A stretch of 64,000 nucleotides of DNA from Oceanispirochaeta sp. (GTDB taxonomy: Bacteria > Spirochaetota > Spirochaetia > DSM-2461), in the NCBI GenBank assembly GCA_963666275.2, contig CAXXOA010000001.1, positions 2,368,001 through 2,432,000 of the forward strand, in the 5' to 3' direction. The notes below the pieces were generated by a model. The model was not told the origin of the DNA and searched no databases. It worked only from the letters and a program-made list of their open reading frames with translations. How positions within the stretch are numbered: position 1 is the stretch's first letter; each line of letters begins with the position of its first letter. The translations under genes and the position numbers were made by a program. This document shows positions 59,891 to 64,000 of this stretch, piece by piece.

Positions 59891-59954
59891 TTCCCCCTCC
59901 CACGGTGAAAACTGAGGACTTCCTGTTAGTCGTCAGGCAGCCCTTCTCACTTTC

Positions 59955-60299
59955 TTACCTCATATTGATTATATCTTTATAGGCCTGAACGGCACCATCT
60001 ACGATACTTTTGGTCATCTGCAGCGACATATTGGCTTTCGCCATGGCAATGCTCACATCATGGACTTCCACAGAGTCGGGCTGTGTGACCATTTTTGTGA
60101 ACAGTTCGCTGCTGTCAATCTGATCCTGGTTGGCTGCATTGAGCCCCTGCCGGACCAGATCTGAAAAACTGGAAGCTGCGGGAATTTCATCCGGAGCATT
60201 CTGCCCCACAACCTTCATATGCCTGGCATCGGTGCGGTTCATGACAATGCTGTTTCCCATAGCCTGTGTTTCATTCAAAAGATTCAGTATTGTACTCAT
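59955..60299 (-). CDS. fliE: Hook-basal body protein FliE
   Basis: VHDVSIAMAKA.MSL...AYKDI..MR motif. Confidence 0.92.
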   Translation of the reverse strand: MSTILNLLNETQAMGNSIVMNRTDARHMKVVGQNAPDEIPAASSFSDLVRQGLNAANQDQIDSSELFTKMVTQPDSVEVHDVSIAMAKANMSLQMTKSIVDGAVQAYKDIINMR

Positions 60300-60302
60300 A
60301 AC

Positions 60303-60761
60303 CTACCTCCCGATCTCCAGAGCTTTCTGGAACATGCTTTTGCTGCCGTCCATAATAGCCACATTCGCCTCATAGGCTCTGGTGGCGGATATCATATCCA
60401 CCATTTCGTTTACTACATTCACATTGGGGTACTCGACGTATCCCTTTTTGGGTCCTGTTTTAATGGCATCGGGGTGAGTGGGATCATAGACAAGCCTGAG
60501 CTCCGCATCCATATCCTTTTCGATCTCCGAAACCCGCACTCCCTTTCCGATTCCGTTGTCCAGGGACTCGGGCAGAAAAGGAGAGCGCCAGTAGGGCTGA
60601 TCCACGACAGGACGGAAAACAACCCGGCTCCTGCGGAAAGGCCCGCCCTCGGCAGTCCTTGTGGTATTGGCATTGGCAATGTTGTCGGAGATGACATCCA
60701 GCCTCATCCGTTCGGCTGAAAGGCCGCTTGCTGCTGTATTGATCGAACTGAATAATCCCAT
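60303..60761 (-). CDS. flgC: Basal-body rod protein FlgC
   Basis: NIANANTT, YDP.HPDA and PNVN.V.EM.DMISA.RAYEAN motifs. Confidence 0.96.
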   Translation of the reverse strand: MGLFSSINTAASGLSAERMRLDVISDNIANANTTRTAEGGPFRRSRVVFRPVVDQPYWRSPFLPESLDNGIGKGVRVSEIEKDMDAELRLVYDPTHPDAIKTGPKKGYVEYPNVNVVNEMVDMISATRAYEANVAIMDGSKSMFQKALEIGR

Positions 60762-60774
60762 TCCCTACTCCTTA

Positions 60775-61191
60775 CTACCTGGTAACCATATTGATCTGAG
60801 AGAACTGCCAGGCCACTGACTGGGTCATGAGTTCATACATCATCTGATTTTCCGTGGCAGACATGACTTCCTGCTCAATATCCACGTTGTTTCCATTATT
60901 TTTTGACGTCGTCAGATAGTCCAGAACCCTTCTGGGCCGGACAGATCTGTAGTCGGTTGTTTCATTGAAACTCATATGCCGGGGATCGGTGACCCGCGCG
61001 GGGAGAGTTTTTCTGTTTTCCGAATCGAGCGCCTTTTTCAATTCGGCTTCGAAGTTTACATCGCTCCTTTTGAAATTGGGAGTTTCCGCATTGGCTATAT
61101 TGTTGGAGATAACCTCTCTCCTGAGCATGGAGACATTCATGGATCTCTGGAGAATATCTACTGTTTTACCAAAGCTGTTGTTTGTAAACAT
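60775..61191 (-). CDS. flgB: Basal-body rod protein FlgB
   Basis: NNIANAETPNFK and NGNNVDIE motifs. Confidence 0.95.
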   Translation of the reverse strand: MFTNNSFGKTVDILQRSMNVSMLRREVISNNIANAETPNFKRSDVNFEAELKKALDSENRKTLPARVTDPRHMSFNETTDYRSVRPRRVLDYLTTSKNNGNNVDIEQEVMSATENQMMYELMTQSVAWQFSQINMVTR

Positions 61192-61228
61192 ACACGTCCT
61201 TCCTCATTGTTTAGTCGATTCCCTATCA

Positions 61229-61256
61229 TCATCGGCACTTCCCCGGCACCTGCTTA
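61229..61256 (-). promoter_or_regulatory. sigma-28-type promoter upstream of flgB
   Basis: TAAG-16-GCCGATGA in the hslU-flgB gap. Confidence 0.7.
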
Positions 61257-61263
61257 GCAGTTT

Positions 61264-62640
61264 CTAGAGGATATACCGGCTCAGATCCCTGTCCTGGATG
61301 ATATCCCCCAGCCGTTCATCCACATACTGGGGGGTGATCGGCACGGACTGTCCTTTCATTTCCGGCGCATTGAAGGAAACCTCCTCCAGCAGATGCTCCA
61401 TAATGGTATGAAGCCTTCTGGCACCTATATTTTCAGTGCGGTTGTTCACCTCTTCGGCAATCTCCGCCAGCCGTCTTGTGGCTTCCGCTGTAAACTCCAG
61501 AGTGACCTCTTCGGTATTCAGAAGCTGCGTATACTGCTTTATCAGCGCATTGCGGGGCTGAGTCAGGATCATCTCGAAGGCATCGGCATTGAGATCCTCC
61601 AGTTCCACCCGGATGGGGAAACGTCCCTGAAGCTCCGGAATCAGATCCGAAGGCTTGGACAGATTGAAGGCACCGGCGGCGATAAACAGGATATGGGATG
61701 TATCGATCATACCGTATTTGGTATTCACTGTGCTCCCTTCCACGATGGGCAGAATATCCCTCTGCACACCTTCCCGGGAGACATCCTGTCCACCGGTCTT
61801 ATTTGCCTTATTGGCAATCTTATCAATCTCATCTATGAAGATGATTCCCATATTCTGAACCCTGTCCCGGGCTATATCCACGGCGCTTTCGCTGTCGATC
61901 AGCTTATCGGTCTGTTCACTCAGCAGGATCTCTCTGGCCTGGGAGACGGAAACCTTTCTGGATTTTTTATTTCCGCCGCCGAAGATACTTCCCAAAGCTC
62001 CCAGATTCATATCCATGGCTTCAAAGTTGTTTCCTGAAAAGATCTCAATGCTGGGCCGAGAGCCGGAGGAGACTTTCACATCCACCTGCCTGTCTTCCAG
62101 TTCTCCCGCTCTGAGTTTCCTCCTGAGGACCTCTCTGGTATGGGACCCCGGCGCTTCGGGAATCACATCGGGAAGATTCCCGGCACTCGCGCCCTGGGGG
62201 GGGACATTTTTGGATCCCGGAAGGAGCAGATCGAGCAGAGCCTCTTCGGTAGCGGCTTCGGCTTCTTCCTGAACGCCTTCCTTCAGCTCATTTTTCACCA
62301 TGGAAACAGCCGCCGCCATCAGATCCCGTACCATGGATTCCACATCCCGACCCACATAGCCGACTTCTGTGAATTTGGTAGCTTCCACTTTGATGAAAGG
62401 CGCTCCGCAGAGCCGGGAAAGTCTCCGGGCGATCTCTGTTTTCCCCACTCCGGTGGGTCCGATCATAATAATATTTTTGGGAGCGATTTCATCCCGCATG
62501 TCTTCGGGAAGCATCGAGCGGCGCAGACGGTTGCGAAGGGCTATGGCCACAGCCTTTTTTGCCTTGTTCTGTCCAATGATGTATTTATCCAGTTCCGCTA
62601 CGATTTCACGGGGGGTCTGCTGTTCCAGTCCTGCACTCAT
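61264..62640 (-). CDS. hslU: ATP-dependent protease ATPase HslU
   Basis: [12 protein letters not shown] pore loop, FIDEIDK and ENIGARRL motifs. Confidence 0.97.
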   Translation of the reverse strand: MSAGLEQQTPREIVAELDKYIIGQNKAKKAVAIALRNRLRRSMLPEDMRDEIAPKNIIMIGPTGVGKTEIARRLSRLCGAPFIKVEATKFTEVGYVGRDVESMVRDLMAAAVSMVKNELKEGVQEEAEAATEEALLDLLLPGSKNVPPQGASAGNLPDVIPEAPGSHTREVLRRKLRAGELEDRQVDVKVSSGSRPSIEIFSGNNFEAMDMNLGALGSIFGGGNKKSRKVSVSQAREILLSEQTDKLIDSESAVDIARDRVQNMGIIFIDEIDKIANKANKTGGQDVSREGVQRDILPIVEGSTVNTKYGMIDTSHILFIAAGAFNLSKPSDLIPELQGRFPIRVELEDLNADAFEMILTQPRNALIKQYTQLLNTEEVTLEFTAEATRRLAEIAEEVNNRTENIGARRLHTIMEHLLEEVSFNAPEMKGQSVPITPQYVDERLGDIIQDRDLSRYIL

Positions 62641-63179
62641 GAAAGCTCCTCCACAATAATGTTATGATTCGTGTAAACACAGATGTCCGCGGCGATCTTC
62701 AAAGATCTTTCGGCGATTTCCGCCGCACTGAGATCCGATGAATCCAGATAGGCCTTAGCCGCCGCATAGGCGTAATTTCCGCCGGAACCGATGGCAATGG
62801 CGCCCCCTTCAGGTTCGATCACATCGCCGTTCCCCGAAAGGAGAAGGATCTTGTTTTTATCCATAACAAGAAGCATAGCCTCCAGACGTCTGAGAGCCCT
62901 GTCGGTTCTCCAGTCTTTGGCCAGTTCCACAGCAGAACGGGTGATATCCCCGTTAAACTCCCTCAGCTTTCCCTCGAAACGCTCTTCCAGAGTGAATGCA
63001 TCGGCGGTAGAACCCGCAAACCCGACAATGATCTGATCATTGTAGAGGCGGCGGACCTTCCGGGCATTCCCTTTCATGACCACCGATTCCCCCATTGTCA
63101 CCTGACCGTCTCCGGCCATGGCCATCTGGCCTTTATGATTAACAGCCAGAATGGTTGTTCCTTTTATTTTGATACTCAT
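62637..63179 (-). CDS. hslV: ATP-dependent protease peptidase HslV
   Basis: [20 protein letters not shown] and AIGSGG motifs. Confidence 0.97.
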   Translation of the reverse strand: MSIKIKGTTILAVNHKGQMAMAGDGQVTMGESVVMKGNARKVRRLYNDQIIVGFAGSTADAFTLEERFEGKLREFNGDITRSAVELAKDWRTDRALRRLEAMLLVMDKNKILLLSGNGDVIEPEGGAIAIGSGGNYAYAAAKAYLDSSDLSAAEIAERSLKIAADICVYTNHNIIVEELS

Positions 63180-64000
63180 ACAGTACTCCTGTGATTCTTC
63201 TTCCTTCCTCTGCCGTGAGGATGGGCCTGCCTGTAGATCTGTCTGATCCGCTCTATGCCTGTGTGGGTGTAGACCTGGGTTGTAGAAAGACTGGCGTGTC
63301 CCAGCATCTCCTGAACAACCCTGATATCCGCTCCCTCGTTCATCAGCTCCGTGGCGAAGGCATGACGAAAAGCATGAGCTCCGACCTTCCGGTTCAAACC
63401 GGTTTTCTGCAGGTACTTCTGAATTATATAGTACACCCCGCGGGTTGTTAACCGCTCCCCTTTGTAGTCCAGAATCAGAGCTGTGATCCCGTCCTTTCCG
63501 GAGGATTCGAGTTTCTGATCCCTCAGGGGAATATAGGATTCCAGGGCTTTCCGGGCGCTTCTGCCAATAAACACGTAGCGCTGACGGCCGCCCTTTCCTC
63601 TGATGAGGATTCTGTTCTGATCCACGCTCATTCTGTCAAGATGACAGAGTTCGCTGACACGGCACCCTGTGGAATAGAGAAGTTCAAAAAGCACCCTGTC
63701 CCGGCAGCTTTCAAAACTGCCCTCTCCTGTGGCTTCTATCAGGGTTTCAATCTCTCTGTTGGTAAGATAGACAGGCAGATTGGACGGCTTTTTCTGGGAG
63801 CGCACTCCGGTAAAGGGATTTCCCGGGGAGTGCCCTTTCTTTTCAAGATAGTCGTAATACCCTTTCAGTGAAGAGAGGGTTCTGTTGATAGTGGAAGGAG
63901 AGAGCTGCCGCATCGTCAGGGACCCTATATAGAGCCTGGCGGCATTTCTGTCCGGACCGGTCACAGAGATATCCTCCTGAACGAGGAAGTGGTACCAGTT
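63176..64000 (-). CDS. xerC: Tyrosine recombinase XerC-like, 5' end outside window
   Basis: [21 protein letters not shown] and [12 protein letters not shown] motifs; frame open to base 64000; upstream of hslV. Confidence 0.85.
   Translation of the reverse strand, partial: NWYHFLVQEDISVTGPDRNAARLYIGSLTMRQLSPSTINRTLSSLKGYYDYLEKKGHSPGNPFTGVRSQKKPSNLPVYLTNREIETLIEATGEGSFESCRDRVLFELLYSTGCRVSELCHLDRMSVDQNRILIRGKGGRQRYVFIGRSARKALESYIPLRDQKLESSGKDGITALILDYKGERLTTRGVYYIIQKYLQKTGLNRKVGAHAFRHAFATELMNEGADIRVVQEMLGHASLSTTQVYTHTGIERIRQIYRQAHPHGRGRKKNHRSTV

Noticed and set aside
63176..64000. Phage or island integrase
   Set aside because: Coupled to hslV in the conserved xerC-hslVU-flgB arrangement, with no att sites or cargo visible.

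Overview
Core-genome region of a spirochete, inferred to be a free-living Spirochaetaceae member (for example Oceanispirochaeta-like). This rests on FlbB, FlbD, FlgE with Lys165/Cys178, PPi-dependent PFK and the xerC-hslVU-flgB gene order. Positions 1-31 kb hold mixed housekeeping genes: galK, two DUF4349 paralogs, a low-GC exported beta-rich protein, pfp, SDR, ferritin-like, S1 protein, YyaL-like, beta-carbonic anhydrase, Omp85-like, dCMP deaminase, yhbY, rsmE, two identical tRNA-Phe genes, NYN-LOTUS RNase, an ABC transporter, a heme-c hybrid kinase, a Fur/Zur-metal SBP pair, a FecR-domain module, a Prune/PPX1-like DHH enzyme and ilvA. Positions 31-64 kb are a minus-strand flagellar supercluster (xerC-hslVU-flgBC-fliEFGHIJ-flbB-fliK-flgDE-flbD-motAB-fliLMYOPQR-flhBAFG-fliA-fapA-cheA-like-PTS IIA). 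No CRISPR array, prophage or transposase is visible, and I cannot demonstrate a new multi-gene system. The strongest anomalies are: a one-base frameshift in motA, a highly structured 92-bp tandem duplication directly upstream of motA, a probable CTG start for fliO, a REP/BIME-like palindrome cluster with a 24-bp tandem repeat, several apparently leaderless genes, and a GC-mosaic exported protein.
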